Assembly: GCA_964016885.1 (NCBI GenBank) | Contig: OZ024743.1 | Span: 184,264,001 to 184,328,000 of the forward strand | Direction of reading: 5' to 3' | DNA: 64,000 nt | Origin: Eledone cirrhosa | Taxonomy: Eukaryota | In this document: positions 44,458-57,319 of the stretch, one piece after another | Position numbering within the stretch: the first letter of the stretch is position 1 | How the letters are laid out: every line of letters starts with the position of its first letter | The notes under the pieces: model-generated | Database searches by the model: none | Seen by the model: only the letters and a program-made list of their open reading frames with translations | What the model was told of the DNA's origin: nothing | Position numbers and translations under genes: made by a program

Positions 44458-44509
44458 TAATGCACTAGGGCCGATTTAATCGACCTTCGCCTCCCCAAAA
44501 AAGTACTGG

Positions 44510-44670
44510 CGTTGTGCCTTTTGCAGCATAGAGTTACGGCCCTTTGCGATCTGGGTCCAAATCCCTCCGTGGTTAGCTTTGCCTTTCATCCTTACGAGGT
44601 CGATCAAATAAAGTACCAGTAATGTACTGAGGTAATTGTAGCCTTGTGTCAAAAATAGAAACAATTATGA
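44510..44670 (+). mobile_element. SINE, same family, 5' eroded
   Basis: Same core and tail. Confidence 0.75.
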
Positions 44671-47164
44671 TTTTTTTTTTCTTGTTTTTCTTTTTGTGTT
44701 GTTTTGTTTTGTTTTTTATTTTAAAAAAAGGATTGGCAAATTGAATCTAACCTTGTCTAGTGTTGCTGCTACCTTCCTTCTCAGCAATTTGATGTCTTTT
44801 CTTATGTTAACAGAATATGATGGGTGTAGTGGTGGTGGTGGAGATAGGGTAGTGATACTTGGTTGTGATGGAGTTGTTGTTGCTGTTGTTTTGTCTCGAC
44901 CAAATTTTGTAGCCATTACAATGTAATGTATTTGTTTTCGTCTCTGTTTTGTGCAGTAACTATGTGGCTTGCTACTTACATTTAATATGACGTCCTCTTC
45001 CTTAAAGTTTAAAGTAAACATTTTGAGAAAACATGCGAGATATAATAATAATTATTATTATTATGCTGGGCGGTTAATAAAGAAATCATTGTACTGGTGG
45101 TGATGATGGTGATATTGCGGTCTATATCACGGTTGATTTCAGATGACCATATTTTTTTTAATCGAGTGTAATATTCCCTGGTTACGCGTTCCTTGTAATC
45201 TATCTCCAGGTATATGTAGCAGTCCTCATCAGATATCACTAAAACAGTTAGGCTATTGATAAAACTGTTGCTAGATTGGGTTGTAGCTTTTCCTCGCTTT
45301 ACAATCATATATGAACATTTATCCTGGTTAAACTCCATTCCTATATCCTTTGAGAACGTCGTAACCAGGTCAAGATTTTTCTTCATCCCATCTATGTTCT
45401 TGGCATAGAGTTTCAGTGTCATCCACAAAGAAATTATGAGTTAGGTTTGTATTTCTGTCCTCCTGTGAGCCAATTATGTATCCTTCACATTTCTTGAACA
45501 GAAAGGATAAGGGATTTAATGACATGATAAATAGTAGCACAGAGAGACTGTCTCCTTGAAAGATACCCCTGTGATATTTTATTTTATCGGTGAAAATAGA
45601 ATCATCTTTCTGTTTTTAACTTTAGAATAGTAGCCCAAGAAGAAGATAGGTTTTCTATGGCTCTGCTAATAGTGTCTGGGACTTTAGCAAATCGAAGGGC
45701 TTCTATCATCTAATAGTGGGAAACAGAATCAAGTGCTTTCCTGTAACCATATCCTTCCTAAGTTGTTGCACCTCTGATATCGCGATTTTGTTAATTAGGA
45801 GTTCTTCAACACACACCCAAACTCCTTTCTTCCCAGCTGCTTGCTCATCTGTGATGTTATTACTGTCGCAGTGATCTTGGAGAAATAGGTTCAGGCAGGC
45901 TGTATATATTTTATACATTAGCTTCTGGTATACAATGGTTTGGTAGTTTTTTGTCAGGTGGGTGTTTTTGTTCTTGGGAACCAATATTGTTTGTGCTAAT
46001 ATCAACCACGCTGGTATATGTGCATCTCCCTTGAGATCTTGCTGGTAGAAGTTAATAAGAGACACCCGATAGAATGTCAGCTTTTTGTACCAGTAGCCGA
46101 CAATCAAGTCTCTCTCTTGAATAAAGTATGATACCCTTGAGACTGTGATAGAAAAACTCCAAGATAAGAAAACACATCAGTCTCAAGGGTATCATCCTTT
46201 ATTCTATATGTTTTTATTGTAGTGCAGGGAAATAGTTCTTTTGGGTTTCTTTTAGCCACACTTCATCTTGGTTGAAGTTCTTTTCACCCCATATTTTTCT
46301 CCAGAAGGAATCTATGTCTTTCTGGGATGGGGCCTCAGTGACATTTATTATCATATATCTATAGACTGATGTTTGATTTTATCTGAATCTTTTATTAATT
46401 ATTTTTCTTTCAGCCACTCTCTTCTGGTATCGAATTTTCTCGCTAACAGCTCTCAATTCTTGTTTGAGGATGATCGGCTTATATTGAAGAGTTCTGGTTG
46501 TACAGTCTCCAAACATATTTTCTATTTTATTTTTCGCTCTTTGTTGGTGAGGAGTGTAAGTTTTTTTTTTTTTTGTTTTTTTTTTCATATAAGGAACATT
46601 GTTACATATCCTATAGTTTTCTGTAGGTCAGCAATCTTTTTTCTACTTTAGTAATATATGATAGTATTTTTTGTGGTGTTTTTTCTTGTTAATATCCGTG
46701 TTATCACCAAGATAATGCTTTACTGTCGTTGCAGGGCATATAAAGAGACGTTGATTTGCCAAAATGTAGGAGTTTTAATTCATCGTAAATATTCACCCCC
46801 AATTTTATCAATAGCACGCAGGATATCAGTATTTGGTTTCATTTTGTTTAGTACTGTTTATTACGTTCTGCGAGATAAATGTTTATACATGAATTAATTT
46901 CTCTCTGGAAGGTTTCACTATGGGTAAATTTCAATTGTTTATACCTTTGATTTTCCAAGCTAATGGCAGTCTTTTCCACAACAGTCGAGGTAGAATCAGT
47001 TGATACATGTGGTGTCAAATCTCTTACTGGCATAGTTGTTTCAAGGGTCTGTTCGCGTATTTCTGTTGTTAACTGGTGTCCAGCCTGCCAGCTAGAAAAT
47101 GTAGTAACATGGCGGCCTCTACCACGTGTTGTTGATTATATGTTCGATCTGTGGAACCTACAAT

Positions 47165-50100
47165 CAAGGCCGGATTAAAACGCTTTGAGGCCCTAAGCAC
47201 TAAAAAATGTTGGTGCCCCCATACATTTGTAGATCAAAACATAAACAATAATATATGGTAAATTAAAGTTTTATTTATTGAAATTTCAAATAAAGCAAAA
47301 CATACAGAAAGAGAAAATAATTTTATTTATTGAATCATTTTTTCCTGCTTTTTTTTTTTGCAAAGTCTTTGATCAGATCCTCGTAACCAATCTTACGTAA
47401 CACTTCTGCTTCTATACACAATAGGGATAAAGCATCCAGCCTGTATTGTTGCATGTTTGTTCTGAAGGGATTTTTTATATATTTCAACCGTGAAAATGAA
47501 CGCTCCGCTGAGCAGTTAGTAACCATTAATGTTAAAAATATACGAAAGGCTATGTCTACATTTGGAAAGGCACACTCAATATTGTCTTTTACAATAATGT
47601 TATAAAGTTCAGCATGATTAAATCTTGTTTTTACATTTTCTGTTCTACTCATCTTATTTCGCACATATAAATAAAACTGCTGAAGCTCAGCTGAGAAATT
47701 GCTATTGAAGTCCTCTGGATAAGCATCGATCAATTTTTGACAGTACTGAGAATACCTTTCAATATTAGTAGCTGATGGAGTGCCCATATTTGACACATCA
47801 CTAAGAAAAGAAAATTTCTCTGCCATTTCTTTGTATATCTCTCCTCTTCTTTGCATCTCAGCTGTCAACAATTGTGTAAAATGTGGTGATACGAAACTTA
47901 TCTCTGGCATCTAAATAAATTTCTGCTGTATCTCCGTCATTGGGTACTTTTTTTCTAATACGTTTGCGAGTTGCAGTTGTCCTGTAATCAACATCTGGAA
48001 GAATTTCCTTGGCCTCTTTTTCATATCTTTCAAATTCATCTCGTGAGGTGTTCAATTGGTCAGCTAATGATACATAGAGATCTGCGCATGTCTTTAAGTT
48101 CGCATCCTCATTTTGTAGAACTTTGCTTACTCTGAGAAAATTCTGCAAAATCTCATTCCAAAAAATCAACATAAAAACGAATTCTAGCTCTTGCATCTTA
48201 TCAACAATATTATTTGCCTCTCTTCTAGCGTCTCCCTTTTGTGATTGATCTTCGGCTATAAATTCTAATGCCTCGGAAATCTTAGGGAACGATTTCAAGA
48301 TTGCTGCTGTTGCCATAGCATGTGCTTCCCATATTGTATCAGAGAATTCATTCTTAATAAAATCTTTCAGAATTTTCCAACGGTTAGTGGAAGCGGAAAA
48401 GAAATTACAGAGTAACTGTACCGTAGAGAAAAAATTAACAGCCTCTTGACAGCAGTCAACAGCACTCCGGCCAACAAGATTTAATGAATGAGCTGCACAG
48501 GGCACATATATAGCAAACTTGTTTGTTTCTAAAATGTTTTGCTGCATCCCCTTATAACGCCCAGACATGTTAGCAGCATTGTCATAAGTCTGACCCCTAC
48601 ATTTTGAAACATTTAACCCACAAGCTTCACATAAATGCAGCAGCTCCTGGTTCGCCATATTCTCACCAGTGTGGTTTTCTATTATGATGAAGATTAAAAA
48701 TCGTTCAATAGGCTGTCCATCTTGTAAATACCTAAGTACAACACTCAATTGATCGCTATGTGATAAATCTGGTGTTGAATCAACGGACAAACTAAAATAA
48801 CCAGAAGATTTAACTTCGTTAATAATGAACTCACGGACCTTTTGTGCCATTAGTTGAATAATTTCTTCGATAGTGGTTTTTTACATGTAAGAAGGATTTC
48901 CTTTTCCAGAATTTCCATATTTAGAAATGTGGCCTGCTAAAAATGGATCAAACTGGCTTATGAGTTCTAGCAGCCCTAAAAAATTCCCATTTTGCAACGA
49001 TCCAAACATCTCTTCACTTCCTCGAAAAGGCAAGCCACGTTCAGCTAACGTACAAATAACAGCTACGACACGCCTCAAAACGTGTTCCCAGTAATTGCAC
49101 TCTTCATGAATTTGTTTCTCCAAGTCTGATTTTAACCCCGCACCTTGCCTGCGAGTTAAATATGCCAGAAAAGAGTCTTCGTGAATAATGCTTTTCTCAT
49201 GCTTTTCAATTACAATAGTATTGCGCCAATCACTGAACCCTTCTCTTGAAAAAAAAATTGAATTTTTTCACGAGCAAACAGTTTACAAACAAAACAATAA
49301 ACTGATCCTCTTGATGGTGAATAGAGTAACCACTCTCTCTTGTATGTTTCGCCATTGGCTTTTGTCCCAATAAAAAGTTTCTGTGAGCAATACCTTACTG
49401 GTTTGCCACTACTAAAATGACGGCAAGACTTTTCAAATGGCCCGTTCTGGTGTTGACAAATACTGGGTTCACAAGTAATCCAATAAGCTATATTATTAGC
49501 AGAGAAATCAAGCCACATTCCAGGATCGTTCGCTAAATTGTAATTTTCTTCATTTTTTACAGGAAAATTAATTTCACCGCCATTGTCACAGTGCTCTAAA
49601 CTTCTATTTTCAGCAATTATTTGAGCCCTATCATCATTTGCAGTAGAGGTATCCGAATAAAGAGAATTCACAGGCAAAGTAAGATCAGTTGTGAGACATG
49701 TGCTAGATGAACATGCTTGCGACATCTCGGTACTTCTAATGTCATCTTCTGATGTCTACTTCTGATAACGTATATCGGTTTTGACCTGGAATCTGCAAAT
49801 CATGTTGTGGAACTTGTGAGAAAAAATTAGTCAGCTTTGCTCTCTTGCGATCTAATTCCGAAGCTTTTTCTTGTTTCTTGTTTGAAAGTTTTCGCTTTTG
49901 TGCCCCACTTAACTGAATGTGTTTCATCTTGGTTTTGGGGATCTGTTAATTAGATTTGAATGGTTAGATTTTTGGGGGGAATCTGTTAATTAGATCTGAT
50001 GGTTAGATTTGAAAAAGGATGATGGTGTGAACCCAAATAAACAATCAGCAAATACAGTTATAAAATTAAAGCTTGAGTTTGTTCAGATAAAAAAGTATGT

Positions 50101-50631
50101 AGAAATAAAAAAGTTATACTATATAGCAGATAATCTAGAACACAAATGACAATTATTTTTTGATATAGAGTCTACAATATTAAAGGTTCAAGTTAAAAAA
50201 AAAAATTGTTAAAAAACTAAAAAAGCCTAATGAACAGAATTGTTAATAAAAAGAAGCACAAAATAAACCTTGGTTAGTTGGGATTGGAAGTATCAAAAAA
50301 CTTTCAGCTGGTGGCTATATTCATAAACCTTAAAAAACATTTCAACGAGCATGTAGCCATTTTAAAATTGAACCAGAATACATTGGAGTTTCAGAAAAAT
50401 TTCTAATCATAAACGTCTGAAAAACTGAGATTTAACAAATAAACTGAAATGAACAACTATGTTTATACCGAATTTATTCATTTCTTATTTCATTTTGAAA
50501 ATTGCTATAAAATTAATTAATTTAACAATTTAAACTGTAAATTCATCATATAAAACATTTTTGAGGTGCCCCTTCTTCCTTTGATGCCCTAAGCACATAC
50601 TTACTTTGCTTATATTGTTAATCAACCACTG
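47165..50631 (-). mobile_element. hAT DNA transposon with perfect 8-bp TSD CCTACAAT
   Basis: Ends CAAGGCCGGATTAA / TTAATCAACCACTG; subterminal GCCCTAAGCA at both ends; TSD at 47157-47164 and 50632-50639. Confidence 0.92.
47335..49927 (-). pseudogene. Fragmented hAT transposase (TTF-type Zn finger / DUF4371-like / hAT dimerisation)
   Basis: REWLLYS..VYCFVC, AERGLPFRG..NGNFLGLL, FSLSVDSTPD, GQTYDNAANMSG, PCAAHSLNLV, TNCSAERSFSRLK; several frameshifts and stops. Confidence 0.9.
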
Positions 50632-51399
50632 CCTACAATGAATAATATTCATGTTATTTTTAACATTCAACAAACGTTGCTTGTTGGTAATTGTTTGGCT
50701 GTGGAGTGATTTAGCTCTGGATGTATTTCGTTCCAGTATAGCTTCATTCTATTCATATAGCCAACGGAGGGTTTTATTTTTTATTTATTTTATTTTATTT
50801 TATTTTATTTATTAATTTATTTATTTGTTTTTGTTGTTGTCATCATTAAGTTCATACTCCAAGAGAAATACGATTTAAAATTTCGGTTCCTTCAGTAGCT
50901 ACAACTAAAGAAATTTTGTTTACCTTTCTCATTGTTGTTTTTCTTCGGTACTCCACTAATGTTAATATTGTTGTTGTGTTCAGCCATGCTGTTCAAAGCA
51001 AATCCTTGTAAAATGAATTTACTATTTAGTCATATATCTCTACGAATTCGAACAAAAGATGTTTTCAATGGGTATAGTTAGAAGAATATCCAAGTTAGTC
51101 AACACGGCTGGTATTTGCGGCATTACTCTCGGAGATAGTATTCATTTTAAATTTAATGAATAGTCTCCCACAACAATATGTGTGATTGGTCGCGTTGGTT
51201 ATGTATGTATGTAGATAGATAGGTAGGTAGGTATGTGTGTATGTATGTGTATGTGTTCGTGTGCATGTATGTATGTATGTAGGTAGGTAGGTATGTGTGT
51301 ATGTGTGCGTGTGTGTGTATGTACGTATACATATATGTTAAGGTACAGAGACGTATAAATGCCTCACAATTTGCTCGAAAATACGAGAGTATTTTCAAG

Positions 51400-53630
51400 A
51401 AGCAGTTCAGCAAATTGAAGTTATCAAAAGTGATGGCCTATATCTAACATTCAGCGGTCACAACTTTGGGTTATGCAAAGAAAAAACATCAGGACTGGTT
51501 TACTGCGAATGAACCATTAGTAAAAAACATTCTAATGGAAAAGAAAGCGTGTCTGGGCAAGTTCTTGTCTTATTCAAAGGAAGGTTGGGAAAATCTCGGC
51601 TGAGGAAGGTTTTGAAAGAATGAAGGCGCAGGTGCAACGTAAACTTCCAGCAACAAAAGATTCATGTTGGCGCGATAAAGCGCATCACATAGAAGCTTCG
51701 GCAGAAACATTATAAATCATTATAACACTAACTGTGCACAGTATATGTTACATACCCCACAGTCAGTGTCCCATTACAGTCAGAGTATGGAAACGAACTG
51801 TTGCGAACACTATAACGACCTCCTAAACCGAGCATTTCTCGTTAATCCCGACGTGATTGATGCCATGGATCAGGCTTCCGTCGTTAACGAGCTTCAAAAT
51901 TCTTCCACACTAGAAGAGGTTAAGGATGCAGTGAGACAAATTAACACTGGCAAAGCACCCTGGGAAGATGGTATAATGGCTGAAATAGTTCAACAAGGTG
52001 GTCCTAAAGTCAACAATCTGTTGCATCGCATATACCACTGGGTGTTCTTGAACGATGCAGCCTCACAAGACTGGAGGGATGCCATTCTCGTCTCCCTCTT
52101 CAGGATGACATGAGGGCGGGGTTTGTGTCAGTGGTGAGCTCCTAAACCTTTCTCAGTTGAGACAGGCGTGTGAAACAGGGGGACATACTCGTTCCCAATC
52201 TGTTTGCCATCTTCTTTGCAGTTGTCTTGTTAAAAGAATTTACCAACACTGATGTTGGCATATATGTTCCTTATCAAACAGCATGAAGGCTCTTTAACAT
52301 CCATCGATTCCTTGCTGCGTCAAAAACTTTTACTGTACTGATTCGTGATCTACTTTATGCAGACGACTGCAATCTTGTTAACCACATGGAATGAAACCTC
52401 TAACTTCTCGGTAGCGTGTGATAAGTTTGGGCTGACAATCAGCCTTAAAAACGGTTGTGATATAGCACTTGCACCCGGAAAGCCATATATTCCACTATTC
52501 ATATCTGACAAAGGGAAAATATTGAAGATTGTGGATAAGTTTGTCTACCTGGATAGTACTTTCTCCAGAATCAGTACACTTGACGAAGAGGTCAGCTACG
52601 GGCTGTTTAAAGTTTCTAATGCTTTTGGTAAGTTGGAGAAATGCCTGTATTATGTCATGTCGTCTGCATCAGAAAAAAGAGAGATACCTTACACTAATAA
52701 GTGTTCACGCTTCCACAATGTCACACATAGAAGCATCTGTTGAACTATTCTACAACGAACCTGGAGAATTGGTGAGAAATGTGCCAGTTGTTGATAAGCT
52801 AGTAGTTATGGGTGACTTCAACTGGAAGGTTGGATCTGATTCCATGACATGACCGGCCTTAAGTAAGCATGGTGTGGGAAAATGTAACCGAAATGGTGTT
52901 TCACTCCCCACTTTTTTCACTGAACATCGGCTTGTGATAGCAAGCATTTTCAGCAAAAAAATAAATATAAAACAACCTGGATACATCTAGGGTCTAAGCA
53001 CTGGCATCTTATTGATTATGTCTTAGTACATTAATCAGATTTGAAAGATGTTTTCAGTGTCTGAGCCATGAGAGGAGCAGAATTCTGGACAGATCATAAG
53101 CTCGTGAGAGGGAAGCTTAATTTTTCAATCAAACTCAAAATTAGAAAGGAAGGTTCTAGCGTACCAAAAAGAATTAACATAGCAAACCTTAATTCCCCAT
53201 ATTATCGCGAAATTTTCGTGTCGCAATAAGAGGTGTCTCGCTTGAACAAGAAAATCCGTGGGAGAATTGGGAATGATTCTCATTCTTTCTTTAAATGTTC
53301 CTTATGCACAAAATTATTCATATCTCACGCTGGTCTTTGATTACATTCGCGAGCCCATGCGGGTAAGGCACACATGAATTATTGCAATTTCATTCCGTAT
53401 GACCAGTTTCAATGCCATGTTTGTCAAAAAAAAAACCTGCAAGAGATGTAGGGGATTGAACATTCATAATGAACAAGCGGAAAATGGTGCCAGTGCTGAA
53501 ATGAGATATTACTGCAGTATTTGCACTTCAAACGCCTTTCAGGGCTCAAACGTTACTTAAGATCTCACGCTAGAAAGGAGCAAGATTAGGTACAAGAAGA
53601 AATCAAGCTCTGCAAGGAACGGAAACCTCC
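51400..53630 (+). mobile_element. Decayed RTE LINE mosaic (RT segment, then APE segment, then C2H2 tail)
   Basis: GKAP..DGI, GVKQGD, DLLYADD, FVYLDS to ~52650; then MGDFN.KVG, SKHWHLIDY, WTDH at 52700-53150; Cys/His remnants at 53400-53570. Confidence 0.7.
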
Positions 53631-53693
53631 ACACATATATATATATATTCATTCAAAATATTAACAAAAATAGAACTTCATTGTGATCAAATA

Positions 53694-53760
53694 TATTTTA
53701 TTATACATATTTCAGAGGTACTGAACTAACTTCAACAGTACGTCCTCATCAGATAAAATA
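53694..53760 (-). ncRNA. Type I hammerhead ribozyme
   Basis: TATTTTAT-CTGATGA-GGACGTACTG..CAGTACCTCT-GAAA-TATGTA-TA-ATAAAATA; perfect 8-bp stem I. Confidence 0.75.
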
Positions 53761-53866
53761 AGATGATGCATGACATACCCTGACCTAGTAGATGGTTAAG
53801 ATTCAGTCATGGTAGTAACCATGGATCTTAACCATCTACTATGTCAGGGTATGTCATACATCATCT

Positions 53867-53933
53867 TATTTTTTCTGATGAGGACGTACTGTTGAAGTTA
53901 GCTCAGTACCTCTGAAATATGTATAATAAAATA
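53867..53933 (+). ncRNA. Type I hammerhead ribozyme (other arm)
   Basis: Same core with one stem I mismatch. Confidence 0.72.
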
Positions 53934-54072
53934 TACTTGATCACAATGAAGTTCTATTTTTGTTAATATTTTGAATGAATATTAATAACTCCGGAAAACC
54001 AATACTGTTGAGTGCTTCCAATCTATTGTAAAACTAATTCTTTGATTTATTCATCGAACCTTGTTTAACCTT

Positions 54073-54135
<63 letters not shown>

Positions 54136-54137
<2 letters not shown>

Positions 54138-55185
54138 TAGCAGTAAAGCCCGGCGTTGCTCGGGGTCGCTCAGTAGCTGTGTTAAAGTTACAATGTTAAG
54201 TTTCTTTCTTGGCTTAAAAACTGTAGTGTCTACTGTGCAGACTTGCATGTGGTGTTTTTGATTAATATTCCCTCAACCAACAATATGCCTTATGAAGTTA
54301 AGAAAACATAACGATAACCCGAATGTTATAACAAAAGAGGATGCTGGGGATAGAAACTGCACTGGTTATTTATTAACAAAGATCGAAAATGTAAACACTG
54401 CAACGCAGAGAAAAACATTAGCGTAACCAAATTATCAGTTATGTCTGTCTGCACGCCTCTATCACCTCTCTGCACGACTGTCTGTCTGCACGCCTATATC
54501 ACCTCTCTGCACGACTGTCTGTCTGCACGCCTATATCACCTCTCTGCACGACTGTCTGTCTGCACGCCTATATCACCTCTCTGCACGACTGTCTGTCTGC
54601 ACGCGTATATCACCTCTCTGCACGACTGTCTGTCTGCACGCCTATATCACCTCTCTGCACGACTGTCTGTCTGCACGCGTATATCACCTCTCTGCACGAC
54701 TGTCTGTCTGCACGCCTAACGACGAAATATTTGCTTGTTTTACGTAGTCTTTAAATAGACTTGTTTTCAAGTAAAAATATTGTTTTAAAATGCTTTTAAA
54801 TGGAAATAAAGCAAAACGGAAGCTTAGTGTTCGAACTGATGAATTTTGCAGGTCAATATTTTGCTGGCTCGACAACTGTTCGTGTATTGTGTTAATGTCA
54901 TTTTAAACGCTGAGAAAGCCAGCGTAATTTTTTACGTAAGACGCTCAATGTAAACAGAACAAAGGGAAATAACTGATAACTTACGCTCAAAAATCGATAC
55001 ATTATATTCGATTTCGTCACATAGGGTGGGTCAATTTGAGATTTTTTTTTTCCGATGTCTTCGCCAGGGCTCAATGTACAAGTATAGCAATTTCGGTGCA
55101 ATTCCGTGAGAGATTCTAAGAGGAGATGTGTGCCAAAAATCGATAGACAGACAGACAACCACAGTTTTATATATATATATATATA
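54136..55185 (-). mobile_element. Non-autonomous Helitron-like element
   Basis: Minus-strand 3' end CCCGAGCAACGCCGGG hairpin + CTAG|T; 5' end TATATAAAA..(GTCT)n; internal minisatellite. Confidence 0.7.
54442..54718. repeat. 37-bp minisatellite, ~7.5 copies
   Basis: Unit TGTCTGTCTGCACGCCTATATCACCTCTCTGCACGAC. Confidence 0.95.
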
Positions 55186-55189
55186 TATA

Positions 55190-55980
55190 TAAATTAATAA
55201 AAACAATGAATAAAAACAAAGAACAAGTTCCTTATATTAAAAAATTCATCATTTTACGATCGTTTCTAGGATATATGTGTGTGTTGGTATGTATATCATA
55301 TAGATCTTTGTAAAAATATTACAAACTATCAGAGGAAATATATATATATGCTGTCTTCAGAAATGATGTATATATCTACTATATAAATTGGAAGTGGTCG
55401 GACGTTGTATATTTAAGTAAGTAGGTGTAGTCGGATAAACGTCGAAACGGCTCGGTGGAATGCAGCGAAAATTTACACAGTTATGCAGAATGACCTGAGG
55501 AGGCGTTGGGTCGACTTTCAAGCTACAAGCTTCCATGGTTACGGAGAAAATCGATGAAACATGAATTTCCCATTCAAATTGAACTGAGAGTAATCTGTGA
55601 ACGCAGAAGTAAATATTTCGAGAAACGTTCCAACCGAACGAACACAGGAAGACGATATTTTGGTTCGTGAAGACGTTCCCTGGCAATGAACGGGAAAAAA
55701 GCGAGGATAATACGTCGTTATGTGGACTGAGAAGGACAATATCATGCAAAGACAAGACCAAGTTTATGGTATAAATGGAGTCGTTAGACTAATATTCTAT
55801 TTAACATAACAGAATGATTTCCAGCCCCGGAGTTTAAGAATGATGTAAATAAAATTGAAAACGAAAATGACAGAGGTTATTAAAATAGTAAAAATAAATA
55901 GTGAAGATTTAGGCCAGTACATACGTATGCCCCGACGGACATACACATACATACGCACACACAAATACATACCCCCCCCC
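55190..55980 (-). mobile_element. PLE pLTR fragment (mosaic of family A-like and family B-like modules)
   Basis: 55190-55368 resembles 10743-10945; ~55610-55797 resembles ~38062-38245. Confidence 0.75.
55247..55368 (-). ncRNA. Type I hammerhead ribozyme
   Basis: CATCATTT-CTGAAGA-[long stem II]-GAAAC-GATC-GTA-AAATGATG; stem I covaries with the family A motif. Confidence 0.8.
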
Positions 55981-56014
55981 CCACACACACACACAAGAGC
56001 GCGCGCGTGTATAC

Positions 56015-56743
<729 letters not shown>

Positions 56744-57044
56744 GTATATATATATATTACAGGCAAATATCGCAGAAAGTCAGAAAGACAATGACTCAGT
56801 GCGATAATATTCAGTGGATTTAAAGTAATGAATGATTTAAAGAATAAATGGAATGTAGATTATGTCATTTGTAGGAATGAAGAGATCTAGGCTGTGCAAA
56901 GTTAAAAGCTGGAGAGCTTATATAACCCGGATAAATATTAATTGCTATCGTGTATAAGAAATTATATTAAACAAGTTAATAATGGCAGTAAATTTACTAC
57001 TACTGCTGCTGCTGCTACTACTACTACTACTACTACTACTACAA

Positions 57045-57263
57045 ATAATGGTTTCTTATGTAGGCATAAGGCCAGCAATTTTGGGCGAGGGTAAAGTCGA
57101 TTAAATCGACCCCAGTTCGTTATTGGTACTTTATTTTATCGAGCCCGTAAGGATGAAAGTCAAAGCTAACCTCGGCGAGATTTCAACTCAGAATGAAAGG
57201 GCCGAAACTCTATACAGCAAAGTATATTGTCCGATGTTCTGCCTATACTGCCAATCCACCGCC
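57045..57263 (-). mobile_element. tRNA-derived SINE (full length)
   Basis: Reverse complement of the 44266 family: head, core and tail. Confidence 0.8.
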
Positions 57264-57319
57264 GTTTGTTATAGTAATAATAATGATAATCATAAGCAAG
57301 TGTGGTAAATATTTTGGAA

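Larger units (their letters stand above)
45130..50995 (-). mobile_element. Second decayed R4/Dong-like LINE, split by the hAT insertion
   Basis: GIFQGDSLS near 45550, DD-LKLYA region near 45420, EQAAGKKG near 45835; N-terminal GYMNRMKLYWNEIHP at ~50715-50765, beyond the hAT. Confidence 0.7.
53645..54075 (+). mobile_element. Fold-back PLE 3'-end insertion: ~158-bp arms (53645-53802 / 53824-53982) plus tail
   Basis: Near-perfect inverted repeat between TA tracts; each arm holds an HHR. Confidence 0.8.

Noticed and set aside
54442-54718. 37-bp repeats as a CRISPR array
   Set aside because: Units are contiguous with no spacers, there are no cas genes, and the context is eukaryotic.
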